A stretch of DNA of 62,121 nt, filler included, from Actinobacteria bacterium UBA7524 (GCA_002478275.1; 8 parts of 8 records of this genome joined end to end with filler, not necessarily neighbours in it); one strand, 5' to 3'; counted from the whole stretch's first letter, positions 40,319 through 50,050 are shown. Numbers and translations: made by a program. The notes: generated by a model not told the origin, from the letters alone.

Positions 40319-40933
40319 CTACGGCGACCGGCGTTCCTGAGAACCCGGCAGCTCCTCAGGCGTAGCGTCGGCCCGCTGCGGCCGCAGGGCGCGGGCCACG
40401 GCGGAGTGACTGACGCCGAGGGCGCCTGCAATCTGGCGGTAGGGCATGCCCTCGCCGCGCAAGCGCTTCGCCAGCGCCACACGTTCCGGTGTCATGACGG
40501 TCGGCCGGCCGCCGACGCGTCCTTCGGCGCGAGCGCGGGCCAGACCGTCGCGTGTGTTCTGGCGGATCGTATCGACGCGCAGCTGAGCGAAGACCGCGAT
40601 GATGCTGTAGAACGCGCGGCCCATCGGCGACGTCGTGTCGATCGCGGGCTCGGTGAGCGAGCGCAGGTCGATAGACCGGCGCTCGAGCTCGTCGAAGATC
40701 TGGAGCATCTGCTGTTGGGATCCCGCCAGCCGGTCGAGCCGGTAGACGAGGAGCGTGTCCCCGTCTCGCAGGTAGTCCAGGCAGGCCTTCCACTGCGGGC
40801 GGTCGGCGCGCCGGCTGGACTCCCCGTGATCGGTGAAGACCCGGACCGCTCCGGCGTTCCGTAGCGCGGTCTCCTGCATCCCTGGATCCTGGTCCCGCGT
40901 CGAGACGCGGGCGTAGCCGATAAGAGCGCCCAC
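40319..40933 (-). CDS. Serine recombinase (resolvase/invertase)
   Basis: IGYARVST, DRPQW, VYRLDRL, ARAEGRVGGRP, C-terminal HTH. Confidence 0.93.
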   Translation of the reverse strand: MGALIGYARVSTRDQDPGMQETALRNAGAVRVFTDHGESSRRADRPQWKACLDYLRDGDTLLVYRLDRLAGSQQQMLQIFDELERRSIDLRSLTEPAIDTTSPMGRAFYSIIAVFAQLRVDTIRQNTRDGLARARAEGRVGGRPTVMTPERVALAKRLRGEGMPYRQIAGALGVSHSAVARALRPQRADATPEELPGSQERRSP

Positions 40934-40937
40934 CTTC

Positions 40938-41621
40938 TCAGCGCTCCCTCAGCCGGGCGAACCAGGACCGGAGGGCGTTCGCGTCAAGTGCGAGTGCCGG
41001 CGCGTCCCGCTCGATGGTCGCCGCCCGGAAGACCGGCACGAGCGGGCGCGGGTCCGGCTCGCCGTACGGGTCTGCCGGTGCGGACAACCGGGAGGCCGTG
41101 TTCCACGTCTGCGGATCGATCGTATGGAAGCGGAGGCGGAACGCCGAGCGCTCCGCCACGTGCGCCATGAAGACCTTGGACGTCCGCCCGTTGCCCTCCC
41201 GGAACGGGTGCGCGTGATTCAGGTAGACGAACGCGCGGGCGGCCGCGGCCGCGAACGCGTCACGATCGAGAGTCCGCCAGTCGGTCGCCTCGATCACGCG
41301 GCGGGCGTAGCCGACGTACCGGCCGATGTGATCCGGGGGCGCGAAGGCGCTATTGCCCTTCTCCATCCCCACCGTGCGATACTCGCCAGCCCACTCATAC
41401 ACGTTGATGAACAGATGCGCGTGGATCGCGCGCAGGTGGGCGCCGTCGTAGGTGCGCGGGATCTCCACTCTACCGTGCTTGATATCCGCCTCGCGGCGAT
41501 CCGTCTCTCTATGCTCCCGGATGTGCAGGGCGAGCAGATCCCGCTCGCCCCACTTGTTCCGGAGCACTTCGCCGCCAGGCTCCCACAGGTAGGCGTTCCA
41601 GCGCTCCCACTCATCGCTCAT
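40938..41621 (-). CDS. Fic family toxin (AMPylase)
   Basis: HPFREGNGRTSK Fic motif. Confidence 0.92.
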   Translation of the reverse strand: MSDEWERWNAYLWEPGGEVLRNKWGERDLLALHIREHRETDRREADIKHGRVEIPRTYDGAHLRAIHAHLFINVYEWAGEYRTVGMEKGNSAFAPPDHIGRYVGYARRVIEATDWRTLDRDAFAAAAARAFVYLNHAHPFREGNGRTSKVFMAHVAERSAFRLRFHTIDPQTWNTASRLSAPADPYGEPDPRPLVPVFRAATIERDAPALALDANALRSWFARLRER

Positions 41622-41848
41622 CGTGCGGCCTTGGCCTTCTGCACGCGGAGCTCTGTGCGGCGATCGTACTCCGCATCGTCGATCTCGCCCTTGTCCCAGG
41701 CGATAAGGTCCGCCACGTCCTCGCGGTTCGGCTTCCAGCCTTCATGCCAGTTGCTCGCGAAGATCTCCAGGTAGCTCTCGATCGTCTCTCCATCCATCCC
41801 GACGAAGAGATCCGGGTAGAGCCTCACCAGATCGAGTGTCTTCGGCAC
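41618..41848 (-). CDS. VbhA/FicA-like antitoxin
   Basis: SNWHEG matches the (S/T)xxxE(G/N) inhibitory motif; overlaps the fic start; RBS AGGAGG. Confidence 0.8.
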   Translation of the reverse strand: MPKTLDLVRLYPDLFVGMDGETIESYLEIFASNWHEGWKPNREDVADLIAWDKGEIDDAEYDRRTELRVQKAKAAR

Positions 41849-42102
41849 GGTGGGCCTCCTGTCTGGCCGTGGTCTATCTCCATGGTACGCTCTTGTCTCG
41901 AAAACGTCACGCTCGGGTTGCGGTACACTTTCATTTCGATACAGGGTTTCGGTACATGGCGCCGTGCGTGAGCGCCTGCCCGGGTCCGGCGGCCTTGGCG
42001 GCGTCTCTATCGTCTTCGTTTTCGGTGCAAAACACCCCTTCGGAGGCCTGCGAAGGGGTGTGCCGTTCATCCCTGAAAACCGACCGCTCTTGCTGCGTTC
42101 TA

Positions 42103-42125
42103 GTTAACGTCCCCGGAAGTGGTGT
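42103..42125. mobile_element. Repeated element end (IS3-like IR), copy 1
   Basis: GTTAACGTCCCCGGAAGTGGTG also at 62100-62121; both at contig ends. Confidence 0.5.
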
Positions 42126-42225
42126 NNNNNNNNNNNNNNNNNNNNNNNNNNNNNNNNNNNNNNNNNNNNTTAATTAATTAANNNNNNNNNNNNNNNNNNN
42201 NNNNNNNNNNNNNNNNNNNNNNNNN

Positions 42226-42247
42226 CACTTCAAACTTGAACTCAGGC
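42226..42247. mobile_element. Repeated element end, copy 3 (IS30-like IR)
   Basis: CACTTCAAACTTGAACTCAGGC. Confidence 0.6.
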
Positions 42248-42264
42248 ACCTCACCGTCGACTTC

Positions 42265-42804
42265 TCAGCCTACCTGACCCGCAGACTGTCGGGACAGGGT
42301 CTCTACAGCCTGCACGTGGTCGTCAAGCCGCTGAGTGAAGGCCCGAGAGAGCATATCCACCACTTCGTCGAGCGTTCCGCTGAGGAGGTCGTACTCCTCA
42401 TTGAGATAGGGATCCGGCAAGCCAAGCTCCTGCGCGACGCGGGCAACTGCCTTCGCTTGAGCAGCATTGCTCTTGGCCGTGAATCCGTAGATGCGGCACT
42501 TGGTCGGATCGGACAACCGCTCGGTCCTCATGGCATCTGAGTACACTACCGAGTACTTCCATTCGCCGAACTGATCGAGCCCCGGAAGGTCGGTCTTCTT
42601 CACGTAGAAGCTAACGTACCCGCCGTCCTTCTGAACGTACTCTCCAAACGTGACGGACAGATCGCCGCGCGTCTTGAGTTCCTGTCGGACTGTCGCAGCC
42701 AACTTGTTGGCGATCTCATCGAGGTAGCGATGTGCTCCTGACCTGGCCTGCTCAAGCAGATAGTAGTCAGCAAGGTACAAGCGAGCGCTCTCATCCAACT
42801 TCAT
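42265..42804 (-). CDS. Hypothetical protein coupled to the PD-(D/E)XK nuclease (cassette)
   Basis: ATGA overlap with the upstream nuclease stop. Confidence 0.75.
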   Translation of the reverse strand: MKLDESARLYLADYYLLEQARSGAHRYLDEIANKLAATVRQELKTRGDLSVTFGEYVQKDGGYVSFYVKKTDLPGLDQFGEWKYSVVYSDAMRTERLSDPTKCRIYGFTAKSNAAQAKAVARVAQELGLPDPYLNEEYDLLSGTLDEVVDMLSRAFTQRLDDHVQAVETLSRQSAGQVG

Positions 42805-43727
42805 CGTGATCCCTCCAAGAGCAGGTCTACAAGCAGTCTGTTCCGGTCAACGATCCGGTCGAAGCGAAGGCGCTCGCCGAAGTCCGCATCCTGGGTTGCT
42901 GAAGCAGCTCGAGCCTCCAGGTCTTTGATCTCATCTTCAGCCCGTTCGTACGGACCTAGCGCCAAGTCCACGGCGAATCTCAGGAGGTTCTCTCGAGCAG
43001 TGGCTGACAGGTCGGTATCTCGCAGCAGGTCGAGGGCGACGTGGGCTAGATCGGAATGTGACAGGCCCAACCAGTCCACCAGACCGGACGAGGCACTGCC
43101 ACCGGGCGTCAGGTAGATGCGAATCTTCGACAAGTCCCCATACGCGGGGTTCCCGTCGATAGCGATGTCGTACCGGACGAGCTGTCGATCACCGCTGTTC
43201 GGATTGGTGCTTTGGCCGCTCTTCACTTTGTGCTCGATGAAGAACACGTAGCCGGAGCACTCAACCACGACATCACAGGTGCAGCCGACTGAGCGCCCGT
43301 TCTGCCCCGGTGCGGTGCCGATGTAGACCTCTGCCTCAACGACTGCCTCAGTCACGCTGATCTCGCTGGGGATGGAAGGGTTCGAGAGCCTCATCAGCGA
43401 GAGCAGACCATCGAGGTACCGGGCTCCGAGCCCATGCGGCTTCGAAGGGTTCAGGAAGTAGGCCAAGTATTGGGTGTAGCGAGTCTCAGCAGTGCCGTGA
43501 CCACATACGGACAGCACGGGCACGGGAATCCCGCCTGCGAGACTGGCCCGTAGAGCTTGCGCCTCGCCGAGTCTCCGATCTTCCCAGTCTCGATGGTATG
43601 CGGACCGAATCCGTTCGATGGTCTCAGGGAGCCGCGCGCCCTCAGCAGACTGAGTCAAGTCCTCCAGTTGCTCGCGGCGGCGCGCCTCGACTACCCGCTG
43701 GATGATTGATTCGAGTCTGGTGGTCAC
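42801..43727 (-). CDS. PD-(D/E)XK nuclease (PDDEXK_4-like), cassette
   Basis: ETRYTQYLAYFLNP..HGLG, CDVVV..IEHKV, QLVRY, IYLTP; RBS AAGGAGG. Confidence 0.8.
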   Translation of the reverse strand: MTTRLESIIQRVVEARRREQLEDLTQSAEGARLPETIERIRSAYHRDWEDRRLGEAQALRASLAGGIPVPVLSVCGHGTAETRYTQYLAYFLNPSKPHGLGARYLDGLLSLMRLSNPSIPSEISVTEAVVEAEVYIGTAPGQNGRSVGCTCDVVVECSGYVFFIEHKVKSGQSTNPNSGDRQLVRYDIAIDGNPAYGDLSKIRIYLTPGGSASSGLVDWLGLSHSDLAHVALDLLRDTDLSATARENLLRFAVDLALGPYERAEDEIKDLEARAASATQDADFGERLRFDRIVDRNRLLVDLLLEGSR

Positions 43728-43805
43728 GCGTCTCCTCCTTGGAGACCCATCGTCGCACGTGCCTCTGACACGTTGGCTCGGAGATGCAGAGCCTCGCTTG
43801 AGCGT

Positions 43806-43866
43806 GCCTAACGCTCTTGGAGATGAGCCGCGAGCGAAGCGAGTCGGCTCGATCTCCGGGTTAGCT
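43806..43866 (-). repeat. Integron attC site (61 bp)
   Basis: Plus strand GCCTAAC..GGAGATGAGCCGC gagcgaagcgag TCGGCTCGATCTCC GG GTTAGCT. Confidence 0.88.
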
Positions 43867-43973
43867 CGGCGCAACATGAGCGTGTTCTGCCAGCGGATGG
43901 AAATCAGAAATCGGCAAGACACGAGTGACGCCGAGAAGCGCAGCAGCGCCATATGCCCCACAAGAAATGGGCC

Positions 43974-44171
43974 CTAGCCACAATCCTGTGAAGAGGTAGT
44001 GCGTTTCGCCGGAAAAGGCACAGCTTCCTCCTGGCGAACAACTGCGCGCAAGAAAGCCTTCCGCGCCTTGGCAGCTTGGGCATCATTCTTCTCATCAATC
44101 ACGGAGAAGTAATCACGGGCGCTTGGACTGTTTGTGCTTCCTGCCCATCTCACAACGCGTGACGATGTCAT
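43974..44171 (-). CDS. Small hypothetical protein
   Basis: ATGA-coupled to the upstream 731-aa ORF within the same cassette. Confidence 0.4.
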   Translation of the reverse strand: MTSSRVVRWAGSTNSPSARDYFSVIDEKNDAQAAKARKAFLRAVVRQEEAVPFPAKRTTSSQDCG

Positions 44172-46363
44172 CTTGCCCCCTTCTGGCGGCGCCGCCCCTT
44201 CTCATGAAGGAGCTGGGCGCCAGCAAGCCACATTATACCCACAGCAGTAGTCGCCAGCCAAAGAAGCGGTGCGAGGACCAAGAACAGCACCGCCATTAGC
44301 AGCGCAATCCCAACCGTATAGGAGAGGATTGCCGATTCGTTCAGTAGCAGCGATCTCACGCCGTCGAACAACGGTGATGAGGCCAGTGGCCCCATCACAG
44401 AAAGGACGGGAACCGCTCCAGGATCAAGCACTGCGGCTCTCAGCATCAGGGACACGAGGAACACGGCAAACGCGATCAACGTGAGAATGACCCAACGCTG
44501 AAGCCAGCGCGAAACGAGCATGTTGTTGTGGCGCTCAAACGCGAACAGCAGCAACACTGTCAGAATCGCAGGTCCGAGCGAACGTCCGTATGCGATGGTG
44601 TCAAGACCGCCAGGAGCAACCTCGAGCGACTCAAACAGCACGCCCCTGAGCATAAGAAGACTGGCTCCAAGTACGCTCACCGCTGCTATAGCGTTCGTCC
44701 ACGAGAGAAGCGGCTTCACGCGGTAGCGTACCACCAGGTGCGGGAGCTCACCTGTATCAACTGAGTCCGCGCCAGTCGCTGTCGACCCCTCCGTCTTCGT
44801 AGTGTAGTAATGGTGGGCCCTAGTCCCTGCGCACGTGGTGCGCCCGAAGACGGATGAGGCTGGAATCCTGCGTAGCGGAAACATCATATCCACCCAGCGA
44901 CCCGCGGCGAGGCCCCTGAGCCGCGGATAGCCATAGTTGCGCTCGTGGATCTTCACCAAAGCTCCTCGCGGACTCAGTTCGAGAGCGGCAGTAGGAGACA
45001 CAATCTCCACATGGTAGCTTTGGGCATCATGCAGAACGAGCGGGTATGATTGCGTCAGACCAGACAGGGAACCCCCGCGCTGTCCGAAAGTTGCACACCG
45101 GAGGACGTACCGCCAGAACATGACTGCGCCACGTGCGGGACGGCGAACCAGCCAGTCCGCGAGCTGAAGCCAGACCCACGGACGCCTTCGAGTCAAATCG
45201 TAATCGGAGGCGAACCGATCTGGCGTCGAGGTCGGCAGGGCAGCAGAGGCCTCAACGCGAATGGTTCGCTCAAGCGGAATCTGGACTCTGAGAATCATAG
45301 GCCATGTGACGCCAATGCGACTCGCAAATCCGACTGTCGCCCTGCCAAGTGAGGCTGCGGCTGTCGCATCGTCGCCATCAGATCTGTCGGCCACATGCTC
45401 AAGAAGGTTCATCCAGCACTCGCACAGTCCCAGGAAGCTGCAAGACAGGTAAGAAGCAAAATCGTCTTGCAAGACGTAGTTGCCTCCCGAACGTCGCTCC
45501 AGCCATCGCAGATACTTCACGTACGAGTAATGCATCAGCAGGGGGTTTGCCGCCGGATTGAACGCCATGGCCTCTGGACTCGAAACGTCGCACCCGATGT
45601 CTTGCCAGAATGGTCTCAGTCCCAGTGATCGCCTAACCAACGAGTAGACGCGGTCGTGCGTGGATCTGAGCAATGTTTCCACGGAGCTGCCACCACAACC
45701 ACACGAACCTACATAGTTCTCATGCATCCATTCGCGAATTGCCAAGAAGTCTCTGTCTGCGTCAACGCCTCCGAGCCGAGACAAGGGACCCCTCTCCCGT
45801 AGAGACGAGGTGTCTGTAGCAGTCAGGCACCAGCCCGTGGCCGCCCAAAGACCCGATACCGATTCTGTGGGAATCGCGTCAATAGCGGCCGCCCCGTCAA
45901 GTTGCCAGCTGAAAAGGCGAGCCATGACATCTGCCGCCTCCCGTCGGTTCAACGGGGGAATCACTTTGCCGTCCACGCGGACATCGCTCTGCACCGCTGG
46001 TCCATCATGATAGCCAACGGGAACGAGGAGTTCAGCAGTTGTGAGCGGCGGATCAGCCAATGTGTTCCGCCCAAGGGCGTGGCACAGCCTCTCCGCTATG
46101 CGCAGCTTCTCGCGTGCACCAGCGACCTTCTCGCCAGCATCTTCCGCGTACGCCGTGGAGAGCTCATCCAACACTTGAAGGACGAATGCCCTCCGAATTC
46201 GAATGTCCACTTTCGTCAGCTTCTGGACCTCGATCCAGTCAGCGCTTTGGAACGAGTCAACGCGCCTGGTTCGCCAACGCAATGGATCGCCCACAAGCCG
46301 AGCGAACGTCATGGCACGGAATTCGTCAGCCATGGCCGCGCTCATACGATGCGTGAGTTCCAT
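44168..46363 (-). CDS. Large cassette protein with C-terminal TM helices
   Basis: 731-aa ORF with no recognised motif, starting just after the IS-interrupted R' site. Confidence 0.7.
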   Translation of the reverse strand: MELTHRMSAAMADEFRAMTFARLVGDPLRWRTRRVDSFQSADWIEVQKLTKVDIRIRRAFVLQVLDELSTAYAEDAGEKVAGAREKLRIAERLCHALGRNTLADPPLTTAELLVPVGYHDGPAVQSDVRVDGKVIPPLNRREAADVMARLFSWQLDGAAAIDAIPTESVSGLWAATGWCLTATDTSSLRERGPLSRLGGVDADRDFLAIREWMHENYVGSCGCGGSSVETLLRSTHDRVYSLVRRSLGLRPFWQDIGCDVSSPEAMAFNPAANPLLMHYSYVKYLRWLERRSGGNYVLQDDFASYLSCSFLGLCECWMNLLEHVADRSDGDDATAAASLGRATVGFASRIGVTWPMILRVQIPLERTIRVEASAALPTSTPDRFASDYDLTRRRPWVWLQLADWLVRRPARGAVMFWRYVLRCATFGQRGGSLSGLTQSYPLVLHDAQSYHVEIVSPTAALELSPRGALVKIHERNYGYPRLRGLAAGRWVDMMFPLRRIPASSVFGRTTCAGTRAHHYYTTKTEGSTATGADSVDTGELPHLVVRYRVKPLLSWTNAIAAVSVLGASLLMLRGVLFESLEVAPGGLDTIAYGRSLGPAILTVLLLFAFERHNNMLVSRWLQRWVILTLIAFAVFLVSLMLRAAVLDPGAVPVLSVMGPLASSPLFDGVRSLLLNESAILSYTVGIALLMAVLFLVLAPLLWLATTAVGIMWLAGAQLLHEKGRRRQKGAR

Positions 46364-46483
46364 CTTGCCCCCACCCACATTGCTCGAGCTAGTCACTATG
46401 AGATGGCCGGCCCGATTCCGGTGTATACGTGGATCGTCCCCGAGGAACAGGCCCCGGGGCGCCGACAAACGGAGGGACCGGCC

Positions 46484-47581
46484 ATGAACCAGATTACACA
46501 CATCGGACTCGACGTGCACAAGGACTCGATCGCGGTAGCGGTGCTGCGTCCAGACACCACTGAAGTCGACGAGCGGGTGATCCCCAACACACCCGAGGCG
46601 ATCCGGCGGCTACTTGGCCGCCACGACCCGCTCCTCACGACCGTGTGTTACGAGGCGGGCCCGAGCGGCTATGACACACACCGGCTCGTGAGCGGCTTGG
46701 GCTTTCCGTGCGACGTGATCGCGCCCTCACTCATCCCACGAAGGAGCGGCTCTCGCGTCAAGACCGACCGTATCGACGCAAGGAACCTCGCTCGCCTCCA
46801 TCGCGCAGGGGAGCTGACGTCCGTGCGCGTTCCCACGGCTGCCGAGGAGGCAGTGCGCGACCTTATCCGCGTGCGTGAGGAGGTCAAATGCGACAGGCGC
46901 ATCGCCCGCCAACGGATCCGAAGCTTCCTGCTTCGCTACGGCAAGCGCTATCCGGCAGGTCCGGACAGGTGGTCGCAGCGCTTCGAGGTCTGGGCGCGCT
47001 CGGTCACCTTCGAAGAGCCTTTGGCGACAGAGGCGTTTCGCAACCTGCTCGGCGCCTACTTCGTTCGAGACGTACAGCTCGCGGAGATGGGCAGGAGGAT
47101 CGAGGAGCTCGCGGCAGAAGAGCCATTCGCGACGGGTGTGGCGCGTCTTTCGGCACTTCGTGGCATCGGTGTGCTTAGTGCCATGACCATCCTTGCCGAG
47201 ACATGTGACTTCGCCCGCTTCGGCGATGCGAAAAGCTACATGGGCTTTACCGGGCTCACGCCATCCGAGCACTCGAGCGGCGCTTCGAGGCACCAAGGCT
47301 CGATCACCAAGACCGGTAACCGGCATGTGCGCCGCGTGCTCGTGGAATCGGCCTGGGCCTACCGGCACGCACCTGCGGTGCGAGGCAAGCTCAAAGAGCG
47401 GCTCGAAGGACAGGGGCCTGAAATCGCGGCCTACTCGTGGGCCGCGCAGGTGCGCCTGAACGGCGTCTTTCGCAGGATCTCAGCGAGGAAGGGTGCGCAC
47501 ACCGCCGTCGTGGCCACCGCGCGAGAGCTCTCCGGGTTCATCTGGGGGCTTATGACCGACAACCTCGGCCCTGCGCGGTAG
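46484..47581 (+). CDS. IS110-family transposase/recombinase
   Basis: IGLDVHKDSI, CYEAGPSG, VKTDRIDA, GLTPSEHSSG, ITKTGN, ATAREL. Confidence 0.95.
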   Translation: MNQITHIGLDVHKDSIAVAVLRPDTTEVDERVIPNTPEAIRRLLGRHDPLLTTVCYEAGPSGYDTHRLVSGLGFPCDVIAPSLIPRRSGSRVKTDRIDARNLARLHRAGELTSVRVPTAAEEAVRDLIRVREEVKCDRRIARQRIRSFLLRYGKRYPAGPDRWSQRFEVWARSVTFEEPLATEAFRNLLGAYFVRDVQLAEMGRRIEELAAEEPFATGVARLSALRGIGVLSAMTILAETCDFARFGDAKSYMGFTGLTPSEHSSGASRHQGSITKTGNRHVRRVLVESAWAYRHAPAVRGKLKERLEGQGPEIAAYSWAAQVRLNGVFRRISARKGAHTAVVATARELSGFIWGLMTDNLGPAR

Positions 47582-47799
47582 TAGACGTCATGCACGCGGG
47601 CGGGCGCCACATTCCGGAGAGATCCTCGATCACGTTATGCGACGTACGTAAGCGCGCGCCTAGTTGGAGGCAGGCTCCGGTCCGACCGAGATGTGGGGTT
47701 GAAATCCCCGGATATCAGCATGGTCGAGCGCCGAACCCATGTGCCCGCCCGCTTGCACAACCCCCAAGATCAAGACCGCCGTGAGCGATGGGGGGTTGA
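47582..47799 (+). ncRNA. Predicted seek/bridge RNA of the IS1111-type element
   Basis: Structured NCR closed by GCGGGCGGGC / GCCCGCCCGC; contains CACGTTA, CGCCTA (target-like) and ATATCAG (donor-junction-like); near-identical copy after 53951. Confidence 0.65.
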
Positions 47800-47898
47800 C
47801 CGGCCATCTCATATCAACGTGTTTGCGCATCACCCGCAAACCGCGGCCGATGCGACCGACGGCAAGCGTACAGCTCTTGGCCGCGGTTTGTCGCGGTG

Positions 47899-49178
47899 CT
47901 GCTCCTATGTCAATCCTACACCGCCTCAGCCACCACGACTGGTGAGAAATCGACGTGCACGACCCCTGCGCCCCTCGCTCGCTCCGCCCGAAGCATCGTC
48001 TTGTAGAGCGTGCGGGTGATGTGGCGCTTGAGGCATCTGAGCGCCTCGCGCGTGCTCATCCCTTCAGCCCGCTTGCGCTCGATGTAGGCGATCGCGGGCG
48101 GGTGCATGCGCGCCTGCGTGACGGCGATGATGTGGACCGTGGAGTTGAGTGTCCTGTTCCCCGTGCGATTCAGCCGGTGGCGCTCGGACTTGCCGGAACT
48201 GACCGCAAGGGGCGCCGTGCCTACGTGCATCGCGAAGGCGGCCTCTGAGCGGAATCGGCTTGCCGTGCCGGTCTGGCCCACAAGGTGGGCCGCGGACAGC
48301 GCAGAGCACCCGGGCACCTCCGTGAGCTCAGGTGCGAGCACGCGCACGTGTTCGCGTATCTCGCGTTCGAGTGCGCGGATGTCTGCCGTCAACTCGCGAC
48401 AGCGCCTCACCTGATCGATCGCAATACGCCGCCGCATGCTCTCAGGCAACAAACCAAGCGCCGCCTCGAGCTTATCGAGCCACACGTAGCGGTCGAGCAC
48501 TCGGGGCGGCAGCTCGAGTGCGACCTCGAGGTCATGGCAGTTCCAGCGCAGGCGCCTGATGATACGCTGGCGCTCTTCGACCAGGTCATCGCGGTGATCG
48601 GCAAGCAGGCGCACGTCGTGTTCGGGGCCGGCCGGCGTCGCGAGCGGCAGCGACGGCTCCCGAAGCGCGGCTCTGGCCACGCATGCGGCGTCGATCGGGT
48701 CGGACTTGCCGTACGTACCAAGAGGTGGCGCTCGAGCCTGCCCGACACATGCCGGCAGTCGTCGATCGCGAAAGTGCGCTGCTCGTCCAGGCCGCGTACC
48801 CAGGAAAGCAGAAGGGCGTACCCCTCCGAGGTGCAGGGGATGGTCTTGTCCCCCACGCTGCGTCCCGTCGATGCGTCGAGAGCCACCGCGGTGTGGGTCT
48901 TCATATGCGGGTCGATGCCGACTACGATCATCACTGTCCCCTTCCGTCGGAAACACCTTCCGATCGTGGGGCACGTCGGCGGACACGCCTTAGCTGGGGC
49001 CTCTAGGCCAGGCTCCTATCAGGTCACGACGACGACCCCTCGGATCCGGCGGCGGGGGACATAACACGCGTAGGTCAGCCCTTCGAAGCGACAGATGCGC
49101 AGGAGGGTCACCCCACCGCCAGAACCAAGGCTACCCGACTCGCGTCAGGCATCCCACAAGGAACAGAGTGACGCTAAG
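47899..49178 (-). mobile_element. Second IS110-family element with 5' non-coding region
   Basis: Right end TTGACATAGGAGCAG (minus strand); inserted in the L'' box of the attC; NCR about 48935-49178. Confidence 0.8.
47916..48934 (-). pseudogene. IS110 transposase, frameshifted by an internal deletion
   Basis: N-terminus IVVGIDPHMKTH..AIDDCRHVSGRLERHLL and C-terminus GKSDPIDA..GTAPLAVSSG..RLNRTGNR are in different frames, joined near 48715. Confidence 0.8.
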
Positions 49179-49188
49179 GATGCGCGGG

Positions 49189-50031
49189 TTAGCCAGCAAT
49201 CGGAGTGAGGAGCTGGAAGAAGGTCCACAGAACCAGTGCCAGCAGCAGGACCGCAAACACCCAGCGCGCAGTTACCGGCAGTCGATACCAGTCCCGGCGA
49301 ATCTCTAGGTACTGCCGAACTGCCCACCCAATGCCAAGCCCGAGAATCCCAGACAGCACTGTGGCGAGCACCAGTATTGCTGTGCGCTGCACCACCGTCG
49401 CAGCTTGAGGGATACCAAAGACACCCGCAGCCAACGCCCCAGTGAGAGAACCCACTAGACCACCGAAGCCTATTGGTGAAACACGGCCATACTCCTTAGC
49501 ACGGTGCCTCTTGTGGCGACGAATCGCGTCACGATCATCTGCGCCCGCGACCCCGATACCATCGACGGTACGCATGAAGACAGTTCGCTCAGAGTACTCC
49601 GTTGAAGAAGTGCGCAGTCTGCGCGTTGTCTCATGCACATGCGATGTCGGATGTATTGTGAGCACGCCAATGCGGCGAGACTCGAACTCGACGACATCGA
49701 ACTCGAGATGGTCAACGGGTGGGTCAGATGCTGACGAAAGCAGTTGAGCGATGCGCCTACAAACCCCATCGGTGGGGAAATCGATAGCGTCATACGTCTC
49801 CCGACCCCCGTTCTCATCTCTGGTGTCGGAAACGCCTACAACCAGATAGGCCTTGTCACCGGCGGTCGAAGCACTGCCGTTTGCAAGTGACAGGACATCC
49901 TTGATCAACTCACCTCTACTGCGCTCGCGAGCTTCAGTGGCCTCGGCGTCAATCGGATACCATGCGCGTTTGAACTCCAGAGTGGGGCCCTCGTCCCTCT
50001 GGATAAGTTCAACTAGCTGGTCGACGTTCAC
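49189..50031 (-). CDS. Schlafen/AlbA_2 domain protein with C-terminal TM helices (cassette)
   Basis: DEGPTLEFKR, KDVLSLANG, YLVVGVSD, three TM segments; TAA stop inside attC R''. Confidence 0.85.
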   Translation of the reverse strand: MNVDQLVELIQRDEGPTLEFKRAWYPIDAEATEARERSRGELIKDVLSLANGSASTAGDKAYLVVGVSDTRDENGGRETYDAIDFPTDGVCRRIAQLLSSASDPPVDHLEFDVVEFESRRIGVLTIHPTSHVHETTRRLRTSSTEYSERTVFMRTVDGIGVAGADDRDAIRRHKRHRAKEYGRVSPIGFGGLVGSLTGALAAGVFGIPQAATVVQRTAILVLATVLSGILGLGIGWAVRQYLEIRRDWYRLPVTARWVFAVLLLALVLWTFFQLLTPIAG

Positions 50032-50050
50032 TCTTGCCCTTCGTCGGTCT

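Larger units (their letters stand above)
46391..47815 (+). mobile_element. IS1111-type IS110-family element (complete)
   Basis: 13-bp subterminal IRs ATGAGATGGCCGG (46398-46410) / CCGGCCATCTCAT (47800-47812), 7 and 3 nt from the ends; 3' non-coding region; no target duplication. Confidence 0.9.
46387..49194 (-). repeat. attC site interrupted by two IS110-family elements
   Basis: 46387-46390 + 47816-47898 + 49179-49194 rejoin to AGCTAAC GTGTTTGCGCATCACCCGCAAACCGCGGCC...GGCCGCGGTTTGTCGCGGTGGATGCGCGG GTTAGCC. Confidence 0.85.

Noticed and set aside
45902..46483. N-terminal extension of the IS110 transposase ORF
   Set aside because: It runs outside the IS boundary; the true start is ATG 46484 after GGAGG.
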